Below, piece after piece: positions 19,572 to 29,050 of a stretch of DNA of 53,331 bases. The stretch's first letter is position 1. Each line of letters begins with the position of its first letter. The notes beneath the pieces are model-generated. The model ran no database searches, had not been told where the DNA came from, and saw only the letters and a list, made by a program, of their open reading frames with translations. The position numbers and the translations under genes are program-made. Origin of the DNA: a virus (lineage: Duplodnaviria > Caudoviricetes); the IMG/VR virus record IMGVR_UViG_3300022690_001247, positions 1-53,331 of that record. One strand, written 5' to 3'.

Positions 19572-20440
19572 ATGATGCATTAGAGGACGCGGCTTTTCGT
19601 CTCAGAATGAGGAGAGCCAATAGTAAGATTAGAAAAATCCCGCTTAAATCTAAACGAGTTTTGAAAACGTTATTCCCTATACCGTTAGAGATTGCCTACG
19701 AGAAACAACTGTTAGGACTTGTAGCTGTAATGTCGGCTATAGTAGAGAAGATTACTTTTCCAGCGATTCCGTTATTTATAGAAACTAGAAATATTAATAT
19801 TCCTCCTGATGCTAGGGTGGACCAATGGCCGGAAGACATTGACAGGACAATGGAGACTGTCAGGTTAAATACTGAAGCTGTTAACCTTGATGAGGCAGCT
19901 TTAGTGTTATTAGTAGGTACTGGTGTCAATGCCTGGAACAAAACTCAATGGGATAAAGTAGTTAGTGGTTTCTTTGGGGTAACACCGTTTCAGCCTGAAT
20001 TTTGGTTAAATGATACTTTAGACAGTTTCGTCAGGGAAAATACACAATTAATAAGGAAAATGTCAGATGACTATATCAGAGACGTTCAGGGAATCATCCA
20101 GCGAGGAGTCCGGGGAGGTGAGTCTACCAGTACGATTGCCAGAAGAATCCAAAAAGCAACTGGTACGACTAGAAACAGAGCAAAACTTATTGCCGTTGAC
20201 CAAGTCGGAAAACTCAATGGACAGCTCACAGAACTCCGACAAACTGGTTTAGGTGTTCAAGAATATATCTGGAGAGATAAGAGGGACACCAAAGTAAGGC
20301 CTACTCACAGAAGGAATAACGGAAAAAAATTTAGATGGGATAGTCCACCTAGCACTGGCCACCCCGGTCAAGAAGTACATTGTAGGTGTAGTGCTGAGCC
20401 AGTTTTTGATGAAGTTGTTGAGTTTTTACAGGCGGCATAA
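19562..20440 (+). CDS. Head morphogenesis protein (SPP1 gp7 / Mu F-like)
   Basis: RAKLIAVDQVGKLNG, YIW...D.KVRPTH, HPGQEVHCRC. Confidence 0.92.
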   Translation: MSINDALEDAAFRLRMRRANSKIRKIPLKSKRVLKTLFPIPLEIAYEKQLLGLVAVMSAIVEKITFPAIPLFIETRNINIPPDARVDQWPEDIDRTMETVRLNTEAVNLDEAALVLLVGTGVNAWNKTQWDKVVSGFFGVTPFQPEFWLNDTLDSFVRENTQLIRKMSDDYIRDVQGIIQRGVRGGESTSTIARRIQKATGTTRNRAKLIAVDQVGKLNGQLTELRQTGLGVQEYIWRDKRDTKVRPTHRRNNGKKFRWDSPPSTGHPGQEVHCRCSAEPVFDEVVEFLQAA

Positions 20441-20604
20441 TGAAAATAGGTGATGAAATACTAGCCATAGATAAAGAAATTATGAATTTATCAACTAAAA
20501 AATACACCGGAACAGTGGTGATAACATTGAATATGAGCCAAGGTGGTATTACAAAAATGCACCTAAATTATAATCGGGAAATAAAAAAGAAAGATTTGTC
20601 TTGA
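20440..20604 (+). CDS. 54-aa small protein (DUF2292/YezD-like?), missed by the ORF track
   Basis: MKIGDEILAIDKEIMNLSTKKYTGTVVITLNMSQGGITKMHLNYNREIKKKDLS; TAATG coupling to gp7. Confidence 0.55.
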   Translation: MKIGDEILAIDKEIMNLSTKKYTGTVVITLNMSQGGITKMHLNYNREIKKKDLS

Positions 20605-20629
20605 TTTTTTAAAAAATATTTAGTAAGTT
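20601..20629 (+). promoter_or_regulatory. Possible promoter upstream of the structured leader
   Basis: TTGATT-17 nt-TAAGTT. Confidence 0.4.
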
Positions 20630-20679
20630 AAATTTACATAGGTTACTGTAAAGTCTGTCCTGACCAGGATAATTACTTT

Positions 20680-20749
20680 AAAGTCCTGCACTAGTTACTT
20701 CCCAGTTGCTCAAACTCTTGGGAAAGTCTTCTAGTGCAGGACTTTTTTT
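20680..20749 (+). terminator. Long intrinsic terminator / attenuator hairpin
   Basis: Perfect 15-bp inverted repeat AAAGTCCTGCACTAG / CTAGTGCAGGACTTT with an inner stem, ending in a T7 run. Confidence 0.75.
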
Positions 20750-20759
20750 ATGGAGAAAA

Positions 20760-21278
20760 ATGAGTGATACCAGAGATTTAAAGAACAGGTTATTTCAAGC
20801 TCTAAGTATTAATGGTGATGGTAGTGGTATTATCGACGCTGTAGGGGACTTCCAATCTGGAACGACTGAATTTTTTATACAGCCACCAGCCGATGAAGTC
20901 TTTCATATCAGGAACTTTTTACTGTACCTTGTAGATAACAGTAACCTAAAACAGACAAAATATGGAGCAAATTTAACACTAACTAACGGGATTGATGTTA
21001 AAGTATCAGGTGACGATACTCCTCCTACAGTACTCAATCCGTTTCCTATTAAAGTAAATACAGATTGGGGAATATTTGTACCGGATATGACGACTATCGA
21101 TTTTGATGGTGGTGGATCTAAGGCACTCGTAGCTAAAAGAGACTTATCTGAAGATTCTGTTTTTACTTTGCAGGGAGCTAAAAGTGAAAGATTTTCTATT
21201 TGTTTAAGTGATAATTTTACAGGGTTAACACACCAGTTCTTTATAGTTTCTGGCAGGAAAGAAGTTATAAGCAATTAA
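20760..21278 (+). CDS. Beta-rich putative virion protein (paralog A)
   Basis: GGAG SD gives the start MSDTRD at 20760; TEFFIQPPADEVF motif. Confidence 0.6.
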   Translation: MSDTRDLKNRLFQALSINGDGSGIIDAVGDFQSGTTEFFIQPPADEVFHIRNFLLYLVDNSNLKQTKYGANLTLTNGIDVKVSGDDTPPTVLNPFPIKVNTDWGIFVPDMTTIDFDGGGSKALVAKRDLSEDSVFTLQGAKSERFSICLSDNFTGLTHQFFIVSGRKEVISN

Positions 21279-21286
21279 GGGAATAT

Positions 21287-21862
21287 ATGGGAAGACCAAT
21301 AAACTATATAGATGCCCCTAGAGAGTTTTCACAACATTTAACTACTAGTGGTAGTCCTACTGGGTCATTTAATCAAGCTATTGACAATACAGGAATATCA
21401 ACGGAATTTAGAATAATCACGCCTAGTGACGAGATACTAGAAGTAAAAAGTATTACTTTAGAAATTATGAACGCTACAGGTGGTATTGTTAATGACGGGT
21501 ACATGAACTTGCCTTCCAGTGGTTTTGCAGGTGGCACGAGAATAAGTGGTCTAGTATCTAGGGCAACCCTTCCGTCTGGAACTAAAATACATTTATTTGG
21601 TGCATCTGATAACGTTGTGATATTGTCAGACTGGAAAAGATTCATGAATATTGAGATATTCAAAGAAGATGCGTCTGGTCCTAGTGTTGTATTAGGTCAA
21701 AGAGATTTTGATCCTCCAATATACTTAGACGGATCAAAAGGTGATATTATGAAATTTGTATTTTTTGAATATGATTTTAGCGGCTTTCTAAAACATGAAA
21801 TGTTTTTACGAGGTATTCGTTACAGTCTTAAAAATGAATTTTTACCTAATCCGATTTCTTAA
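21287..21862 (+). CDS. Beta-rich putative virion protein (paralog B)
   Basis: TEFRIITPSDEIL, SDW, LDGSKGD, DFSG..H.M parallel the preceding ORF. Confidence 0.6.
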   Translation: MGRPINYIDAPREFSQHLTTSGSPTGSFNQAIDNTGISTEFRIITPSDEILEVKSITLEIMNATGGIVNDGYMNLPSSGFAGGTRISGLVSRATLPSGTKIHLFGASDNVVILSDWKRFMNIEIFKEDASGPSVVLGQRDFDPPIYLDGSKGDIMKFVFFEYDFSGFLKHEMFLRGIRYSLKNEFLPNPIS

Positions 21863-21878
21863 TACTTGAGATGATATA

Positions 21879-23042
21879 ATGGAAAAAATAATACGCTGGG
21901 ATACAATAACAATAGATAAATCCAGGTCTGTTAAAACTAGTGAAGGATTTATAAAAACTGATGCTGTAGTAACCAGAACAGGAATCTTTCTTTATTCTAA
22001 TAATGATGGGACTATAAGAAAAGAACTCAGGCATCCTGATGATGTTTTTAAATCTGATAGTTTGAAGACTATGGATAATATTCCGGTAACTTTAACTCAC
22101 CCCAAAGAAAGAGTAGTTACTTCAGATAATTCAAAAGATGTTTCAGTAGGATCTACTGGAGAAAATGCCAGGCCTGATGGGTTAGGTGTAAGGATGTCCT
22201 TAGTCATTAGGGACAAGAACGCTGTGGACTCTGTAGAATCTGGCAAAACTACTGAATTGTCATTAGGGTATAGTTTGAATTTAGATGAAACCCCTGGAGT
22301 ATATGAAAATCAAAATTTTGATGCTCGTCAAACAGATATAGAATATAATCATTTAGCTTTAGTTGAAAGGGGTAGGGCTGGAAATATTGCAAAGATAGTC
22401 TTGGATCGTAACGATGGATTTCAAGTTGATGAAGAACCTAAACCTAAACAAAAATCAAAACAGGAGAAAGATAAAATGCCTAACATTAACATAGATAATA
22501 TTAACTATGAGGCTGCTCAGGAAGTCATCAACTCACATAATAAGTTGAAGACCCAAGTTGATTCCCTTAAACCAGAATTAACTACAGCAAAAACAGCCAA
22601 TACGGAAATGCAAGCTAAACTAGATACTGCACTCGCAGAAGTCAAAACTCTTAAAGAAAAAAATAATGATGAGGAAATCAGGAAAGGTGTTGAGGCAAAA
22701 ATGTCTTTAATTGTTAAAGCTACTCCGTATCTCGATGAAGAAACCATTAAGAAGATTGATACTATGTCTAATAAAGAAATACAGATTGCAGCAATTAAAT
22801 CAGTTACTAAGGACGCTGTGTTAGATGAAAAAGACGATGTATATATAACAGCCAGGTTTGATGCCGTTGTTGAAATGGTTGATCCAAAAACCGATAGTAT
22901 GTCCAGTATTAGAAAGACTATCAATACTAAGTCGGATGACCCTAGAGATAAAAATCATGTTGATTCTAAGGATGCTCGTAAGAAATATATAGACAACCTT
23001 GTAGATCGTCATAAGACTGGTGTAAATAAAGGAGGCAAATAA
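21879..23042 (+). CDS. Prohead protease/scaffold, DUF2213 family
   Basis: EGFI...VTRTGIF.Y, PVT..HP, ELSLGY, YNHLALV..GRAG; coiled-coil C-terminus. Confidence 0.92.
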   Translation: MEKIIRWDTITIDKSRSVKTSEGFIKTDAVVTRTGIFLYSNNDGTIRKELRHPDDVFKSDSLKTMDNIPVTLTHPKERVVTSDNSKDVSVGSTGENARPDGLGVRMSLVIRDKNAVDSVESGKTTELSLGYSLNLDETPGVYENQNFDARQTDIEYNHLALVERGRAGNIAKIVLDRNDGFQVDEEPKPKQKSKQEKDKMPNINIDNINYEAAQEVINSHNKLKTQVDSLKPELTTAKTANTEMQAKLDTALAEVKTLKEKNNDEEIRKGVEAKMSLIVKATPYLDEETIKKIDTMSNKEIQIAAIKSVTKDAVLDEKDDVYITARFDAVVEMVDPKTDSMSSIRKTINTKSDDPRDKNHVDSKDARKKYIDNLVDRHKTGVNKGGK

Positions 23043-23515
23043 TGTCACAAACATCTGTAAATAGGAATTTTGATCAAGCTTTTCCAGGGATGTTAGGTGA
23101 CATACGCCCTAATACTGTAGAAAGCTTTCTTGCAGAGGGTTCTGTAAGATTTGGTATAGGTCTGTCTGCTGGAACTGATGTTGATAGGCAGGTTATAGAG
23201 TCGGCATTGGTAGGAGATAAATTTAGAGGTATTGCACTACACCAACATGTTGAACAGGCTATTACTACAGGTGTTTCTCAGTATGATGACAAAGAGGCTG
23301 TGTCCGTACTTAGAAAAGGTACTGTGTGGATGCCGGTTGAGGACAGTCAAAAGGCTATAATAGCTGTAGATGACCCGGCATTTATAGAAGTTGTAATAGG
23401 GGCCCCGGAACGAGGTAAAGTTACTGGAGTATCTGCAAGTAACTTAGCAACTGGTGGTACTGTCAGAAAAGTAGATGTCGGTTTGGCTCTTGCTTTAATT
23501 GAAATTGATCTTTAA
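23042..23515 (+). CDS. Capsid decoration/cement protein
   Basis: AFPGMLGD, FGIGL, VSVLRKGTVW; lies between protease and MCP. Confidence 0.8.
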   Translation: MSQTSVNRNFDQAFPGMLGDIRPNTVESFLAEGSVRFGIGLSAGTDVDRQVIESALVGDKFRGIALHQHVEQAITTGVSQYDDKEAVSVLRKGTVWMPVEDSQKAIIAVDDPAFIEVVIGAPERGKVTGVSASNLATGGTVRKVDVGLALALIEIDL

Positions 23516-23541
23516 CACCCTAATAATGGAGAAAAAATAAA

Positions 23542-24486
23542 ATGCAATATTACAATTTAGATGCAAATGAATCAGAGTTCTTCCAAAGGGAATTAGAGTT
23601 CATCAAATCACAAACTTATGATATTTTATATCCTGAGTTGAAAGCAACACTTCTGATTCCAGTGTCCACAGAGGCTGGCGCAGGTGCAACCACTATCACA
23701 TATCGTCAATTTGACGGTGTTGGTATTATGAAAATTATAGCTAACTATGCTGATGATTTACCCAGAGCAGATGTAAAAGGAAAAGAGTTTTCAAGTATTG
23801 TGCAAACACTTGGTGGTTCTTATGGTTTTAATGTACTGGAAGTTCGCCAGGCTGCTATGGCTGGAAGGCCATTAAATGCACGTAGAGCTTCTACTGTGGC
23901 TAGAGCAAACGAGCAGAAGGTAAATAGTATTGCCTGGTTTGGTGATGCTACTTCTGGATTATTAGGTATGTTAGATCAGCCCAATGTACCCGCTGCTACA
24001 GTTCAAACCGGGGCAACTTCTGGAAATGTTACGTGGGGAGGTGGATCACCTAAAAATCCTGATGAGATTATCAAGGACTTATGTGATGTTATAGATGATG
24101 TAAGGGAATTGACACAAGGTATTGAAAACCCGAATACTGTTTTGATACCTATCGCTCAAAATTCACTTATATCATGTACACCAAGAAGCACAACTTCCGA
24201 CACTACTATTAAACAATTTTTTATGAACAATAGACCTGGTGTGGAAATTGTAGAAGTAGTGGAGTTAAAAGACGTTGACCCGCTGCCTTCTGGCGGAGGT
24301 GCTCCAAAGGATGTAATGATTGCTTATGATAAAAGTCCTGATAAATTGACTTTAGAAATTCCTTCTCCTTTTGAACAATTCCCTCCACAAGAAAGAGGTT
24401 TGGAATTTATAGTCCCAGCGATGAGTAGAATAGGTGGAGTAATAGTTTATTACCCTTTATCAATAAACATAGTTGAAGGCATTTAA
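23542..24486 (+). CDS. Major capsid protein, DUF2184 family
   Basis: FFQRELE.I, LIPV, ADDLPRADV, AWFGD...GLLG, GGVIVYYP. Confidence 0.92.
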   Translation: MQYYNLDANESEFFQRELEFIKSQTYDILYPELKATLLIPVSTEAGAGATTITYRQFDGVGIMKIIANYADDLPRADVKGKEFSSIVQTLGGSYGFNVLEVRQAAMAGRPLNARRASTVARANEQKVNSIAWFGDATSGLLGMLDQPNVPAATVQTGATSGNVTWGGGSPKNPDEIIKDLCDVIDDVRELTQGIENPNTVLIPIAQNSLISCTPRSTTSDTTIKQFFMNNRPGVEIVEVVELKDVDPLPSGGGAPKDVMIAYDKSPDKLTLEIPSPFEQFPPQERGLEFIVPAMSRIGGVIVYYPLSINIVEGI

Positions 24487-24563
24487 AATCTTCGTTGGTT
24501 TCTTCGCTGGTATACCGAAGTGCCGAACGTATACTTTAAATCACTAAATGGAGATGTATTCTT

Positions 24564-24965
24564 ATGTTACTAGAAAATACTAAAACAAAAATACTGAAAA
24601 TTGAACATATAAGATTTATGCCAGGTATGCAGAGAATTGATGGTAGCACTACAGTACTTATACCAACATCTAAAGGTGAGTCTGCCAAAAGAGGTCCCTT
24701 ACAAGACCACCCACAGTTCAAGGATTTTTTGTCAGCAGGTGTTTTTAAAGTAATTACTAAAAAAGCAGGTGGAACAGGTAGACCTACTGGAGATCCTGCT
24801 AAAATGGGGAGTAAAGAAGCCATTGAAGTTATTGAAGAGATGTTTTCTATTGCAGCATTGAATAAACTCATAGAAAATGAAAAGAAAAAACCAAATCCTA
24901 GGACAGATGTTATAACTGCTGCTGATAAACAGATTTCAGTCCTTAATGCCTCTGATGATGACTAA
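24564..24965 (+). CDS. Hypothetical head-associated protein
   Basis: Follows the MCP; GGAG SD. Confidence 0.6.
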   Translation: MLLENTKTKILKIEHIRFMPGMQRIDGSTTVLIPTSKGESAKRGPLQDHPQFKDFLSAGVFKVITKKAGGTGRPTGDPAKMGSKEAIEVIEEMFSIAALNKLIENEKKKPNPRTDVITAADKQISVLNASDDD

Positions 24966-25360
24966 TGCCTATATCCACTGCAATAGAAATTATAGGTGTT
25001 AAAGCTCCTGATATTCCACAAGATGCTAGACTCACTGATTTTGTTGATTTAGCAAAACTTATAGTAGCTGAGGCTCCTCTTGGAGCTAAGTTTCAATATG
25101 CTTTAGCTTTACTAGTACTTCATTGGATGAAGCTGGCTGATATGTCCAGTGGTCCGACTGGTGAGGTGGATGGTACTATGGGGATTTCTGGAGGTATCCG
25201 AAGAAAGAAGGAAGGTATGGTTGAGTTGGAATTCAATCGTTCTGAGAGTCTTGTAGGATCAAAGGCTTCTGAAAGGTATTATGGTCAAACAGTATTTGGT
25301 TTTGAATTTTATCAATTGTGGCAGCATTGTTTTATAGGTCCCATGAATAGGTTCACCTAA
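24965..25360 (+). CDS. Head-tail adaptor, DUF4054-like
   Basis: ALLVLHW, KEGMVELEF, QTVFGFEFYQL. Confidence 0.75.
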   Translation: MPISTAIEIIGVKAPDIPQDARLTDFVDLAKLIVAEAPLGAKFQYALALLVLHWMKLADMSSGPTGEVDGTMGISGGIRRKKEGMVELEFNRSESLVGSKASERYYGQTVFGFEFYQLWQHCFIGPMNRFT

Positions 25361-25851
25361 TGGCCAGAGTTAAAATAATAGATAAGGATTTAGGGTGGAC
25401 CTCTGTAAAACAGAATTTAAGACTTTTGAATAATAGTTTTGTAAAAGTTGGTATAGTTCAGTCATCGCTTGGGAAACAAAGACCTTCAAAAGGTAGACCG
25501 GTACATACGTCAAAAGAGTTATCTACATTCCCTTCTGATCATGAATTTGGAAATAGACTTAAGAAAATACCAGAACGATCCTGGCTTAGATCTACTTTTG
25601 ATGAGAAAAAATCAGAGATGAGCAGTTTTATAGAAAAAGAATGGACTAATTTTGTAGGTATAAGTCCAAAAAGTTCTCTAAATAAAGTAGGTAAAAAATT
25701 TTCAAGGTTTGTAAAAAATAAAATAAGAGATATAAAATTCCCACCAAATACACCAGACACTATAGCCATTAAAGGCTTTGACGACCCGTTAATAGATACT
25801 AAAAATTTTATGAGGTCTATAGATCATACAGTTGTTTTGAGGAGAGGATAA
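25360..25851 (+). CDS. Neck/morphogenesis protein (HK97 gp10-like)
   Basis: VKVG, HEFG..IPERSWLRST, PPN.P.TI..KG.D.PLIDT. Confidence 0.8.
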   Translation: MARVKIIDKDLGWTSVKQNLRLLNNSFVKVGIVQSSLGKQRPSKGRPVHTSKELSTFPSDHEFGNRLKKIPERSWLRSTFDEKKSEMSSFIEKEWTNFVGISPKSSLNKVGKKFSRFVKNKIRDIKFPPNTPDTIAIKGFDDPLIDTKNFMRSIDHTVVLRRG

Positions 25852-25852
25852 T

Positions 25853-26200
25853 ATGGTATTTCCTTGTTTTAATCAATCCTTGACAGGTACCAGGTTTGCT
25901 TCTCCAGTGATTGTAAAAGGAAAAATAAGTGGTCTAGGATCTGAAACACCTTTAAGTTTTAAAGGTAGTGTCCATCCTGTACGAGGTCATGAACTAAAAT
26001 CTCTTCCTGAAGGTAGACGTGAAAACGTAACTAAAAAAATACTTACAACATTTGCGTTACAAGGTATTGATGAAAATGCAAAAACCAATCCAGATAGGGT
26101 AGATCTTGAGGATGGTAAGTATGAAGTTGTTCATGTAACGGATTGGGGAAACAATATCATCAACCACAATGAAGTTTTTTTGTCCAGGGTAAACCAATGA
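25853..26200 (+). CDS. Head closure protein
   Basis: SV.P...L..LPEGRR, PD.V...YEV...W. Confidence 0.7.
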   Translation: MVFPCFNQSLTGTRFASPVIVKGKISGLGSETPLSFKGSVHPVRGHELKSLPEGRRENVTKKILTTFALQGIDENAKTNPDRVDLEDGKYEVVHVTDWGNNIINHNEVFLSRVNQ

Positions 26201-26769
26201 GTATCCAAGATCTGAATGCTATTCAGGAGGCTCTTTATGATTGGGCTACTAGTGTAGTTCCTACATTTTCTTTTGTGTGGGCTGACCAGAATATCCCTTT
26301 TGCCAATACTTCATCTGGTGATCCTGTTTCTCCAGTGGAGCCGTCATTTGTCTTAAGGATAGGGGCTATAACTAAAGTACATGAGGACTATTTACATTTA
26401 CCTACTGATGCTTCTACCTTAGTCGATATTGAAGGCACCAGAGATTTTATACTTGGTCTTCAGGGATTTGGTCCAGGATCTATACAACAATTAGAAAATT
26501 TACGAAGTTCATTAGCCAGACCAAGTATAAAGGATACCTTATTCACGTCTGATATAATTGTAAGAGATACAAATGTTCCGATTACTAATGTATCTGGTTT
26601 AGATGATTCTGAAATGGAAGAACGAGGAAGTGTAGATATAGGTATGAGGACTGACTCAGTAATTACAAATGAGGATGTCGGTAAAATATTGATAGTAAAT
26701 GCTGTAGGTACATACAAGAAACCTGATGGCAGTGAAGTAATAAGTAATGTAAATGTCACAACAACTTAG
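26197..26769 (+). CDS. Tail terminator/completion protein
   Basis: WADQN.P, EERG..DI; precedes the sheath. Confidence 0.7.
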   Translation: MSIQDLNAIQEALYDWATSVVPTFSFVWADQNIPFANTSSGDPVSPVEPSFVLRIGAITKVHEDYLHLPTDASTLVDIEGTRDFILGLQGFGPGSIQQLENLRSSLARPSIKDTLFTSDIIVRDTNVPITNVSGLDDSEMEERGSVDIGMRTDSVITNEDVGKILIVNAVGTYKKPDGSEVISNVNVTTT

Positions 26770-26781
26770 GAGGATGATTAG

Positions 26782-28089
26782 ATGTCTACTACAGATGGAA
26801 TAGTTACTGTCAATATATCGACTGCTGGTCCTAGTATCAGCCGTGTCGGTTTCAGTACTATAAATGTTTTTGGAACGAATAAAGCCTTTTCAACATTATC
26901 AAAGAGGTTTGCTAACAATACAGAAGTCTTGTCTTTATTTCTTTCGACTGACCCTGAAGCTATTGCTGCTTCTGATATTTTTGCACAGAATCCTACAGTT
27001 CCGGATATACTTATTTCTAGAAGGGCTACTTCTGATGTAACTACTATTACAGTAAAAACCCCTGCTATAGATAATATAGATTATACATGTACTATAGACG
27101 GAACTGTTTTTACATTTAATTCTGGAGGAAGTGCTACAGAAGATACAATTGCAGTCGGTCTTGTAGCAGCTATTGAAGCCGGTAGTGGAGTTGTAACTGC
27201 TTCTGGTGCTGCTAGTCCATATACATTGACTGCTGATGCCAGTGGTGTAGCGTACTCAGTTAAAGTTGACGCAAACCAATCATCGGCTTTTACAACTATT
27301 GACACAAATGCAAATGACCTGGCAAATATTGATGAAGAAGATGATGACTGGTACGGTCTGGTTGCCACAAGTAGGGTAGAGCAGGATCAGTTAGATGTAG
27401 CTTCTTGGGTTGAAGGTGAGTTGAAATTTTTTGCCACCGCAAGTGATGACACTGATATACCTGATACTACAGATGCAGCCGACACAACTACACTTGCTGC
27501 TCAGTTTAAAGCTTTATCTTATCGAAGGACAGAACTTATATACCATACAAAAGCTTCAACGGAGTTTATCGATGCGGCGAATCTTGGTAAAATATTGCCT
27601 CTTGATCCTGGTTCATATACTAAGAAGTTTAAAAATCTTGCTAGTGTTACGGTAGATAAGTTATCAACTTCTCAAAAGACCAACATAACTGCTAAAAATG
27701 CAAATCATTATACAACTGTCGCAGGATTAAATATTCTTAGAGAAGGTGTCGTTTCAGTAGGGGAGTTTATAGATGTGATAATATTTGTAGACTGGTTACA
27801 AGTAAGAATGGAAGAAAGAATATTTGTAACACTTACTAACACACCCAAAGTTCCATTTACCGATCCAGGTATTGCTGCGATAGAAGCTGATATAGTTGCC
27901 CAATTACAGGACGGTGTTGCAGTAGGTGGACTTGCAGCAGACCCCCCATTTACGGTAACCGTGCCTCTTGCTGCTGATATAAGTGCTGTGGATAAAGCTG
28001 CCAGGATACTTAATATACCTGATGCCTTCCAGGGGACATTGGCCGGGGCCATTCATTTTGTAACTATTAACGGAAATCTAGTAAAATAA
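26782..28089 (+). CDS. Tail sheath protein, DUF3383 family
   Basis: DWY, PGSYT.KFK.L, GEFIDVI..DWL, KVPFTD.GI, LAGAIH. Confidence 0.92.
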   Translation: MSTTDGIVTVNISTAGPSISRVGFSTINVFGTNKAFSTLSKRFANNTEVLSLFLSTDPEAIAASDIFAQNPTVPDILISRRATSDVTTITVKTPAIDNIDYTCTIDGTVFTFNSGGSATEDTIAVGLVAAIEAGSGVVTASGAASPYTLTADASGVAYSVKVDANQSSAFTTIDTNANDLANIDEEDDDWYGLVATSRVEQDQLDVASWVEGELKFFATASDDTDIPDTTDAADTTTLAAQFKALSYRRTELIYHTKASTEFIDAANLGKILPLDPGSYTKKFKNLASVTVDKLSTSQKTNITAKNANHYTTVAGLNILREGVVSVGEFIDVIIFVDWLQVRMEERIFVTLTNTPKVPFTDPGIAAIEADIVAQLQDGVAVGGLAADPPFTVTVPLAADISAVDKAARILNIPDAFQGTLAGAIHFVTINGNLVK

Positions 28090-28102
28090 AAGGAGGCTAT
28101 TT

Positions 28103-28534
28103 ATGCCAGTGCGAACATTTGATCCGGGAAAATTTATTATAACTGTAGCTGGTCTTCCAATAAATGGATTTGCAGACGGCACCTTTATAACAATAGAAAG
28201 GGAAACAGATACATTTTCTAAAGAAATAGGTGCTGATGGTGTTGTTTCCAGGGTTGCAATGAATGATAAATCAGCATTGTTAACTCTAACATTATCTCAA
28301 ACGTCACCAAGCAATGACGCCTTATCTATTCTTCATAACGTCGATGAATTGACCGCTAAAGGTGTGGTTGCTATTGCTGTAAAGGATATAACTGGACGGT
28401 CTACTTATATTTCTGGAAGTGGATGGATAAAAAAACCAGCAGGATTCGAAGGATCTAAAGAACTTACTACAAGAGAATGGGTTCTTGATATGGCTGAAAC
28501 TATATGGTTTACCGGAGGTAACGGAGAAATATAA
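28103..28534 (+). CDS. Tail tube protein, DUF3277 family
   Basis: TFDP, GFADGTFI, GADG, LTLSQTSPSN..LS, REW. Confidence 0.9.
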   Translation: MPVRTFDPGKFIITVAGLPINGFADGTFITIERETDTFSKEIGADGVVSRVAMNDKSALLTLTLSQTSPSNDALSILHNVDELTAKGVVAIAVKDITGRSTYISGSGWIKKPAGFEGSKELTTREWVLDMAETIWFTGGNGEI

Positions 28535-28573
28535 ATATAATGAAAATTCAAAAACCAACGAAGGAGATACTTT

Positions 28574-29050
28574 ATGTCATTAGAACCAGAGGAAAAAGTA
28601 ATTGACGGGGTTACTGTTCAAGTGGTCCCTTTTGCCGCATGGACGGCTTTTAGATTAAAGGCCGAACTTATAGGTTTAGTAGGACCTACACTCATAAAAG
28701 GTATATCTGGGTTAGTGGGATCAAAAGAAGATTCTTCTATTTCTATAATGGATAAAAATATTAATTTAGATAAATTAGGTGAAGCATTTATTGACTTATT
28801 AAATACATTAACTCCAGAGAAAATGGAATATATTACAAAAAAAATATTAGCTTTTACCAGGGTTGAGGGTAAGGATATATCAACCGAAGTTGTTTTTAAT
28901 GATGTATTTGCTAAGAAAATGGACTTAATATACAAAGTTTTATGGTATGCATTGGAGGTGAATTATAAATCTTTTTTGGGACTACTAGGTACTGGAAAGG
29001 AACTCATCCAAAGCAAAATGGAAATGAGTCCAGTGTCTTCAAACAGTTAG
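28574..29050 (+). CDS. Tail assembly chaperone (G)
   Basis: Lies between tube and TMP; ends EVNYKSFL over a slippery T-tract. Confidence 0.8.
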   Translation: MSLEPEEKVIDGVTVQVVPFAAWTAFRLKAELIGLVGPTLIKGISGLVGSKEDSSISIMDKNINLDKLGEAFIDLLNTLTPEKMEYITKKILAFTRVEGKDISTEVVFNDVFAKKMDLIYKVLWYALEVNYKSFLGLLGTGKELIQSKMEMSPVSSNS

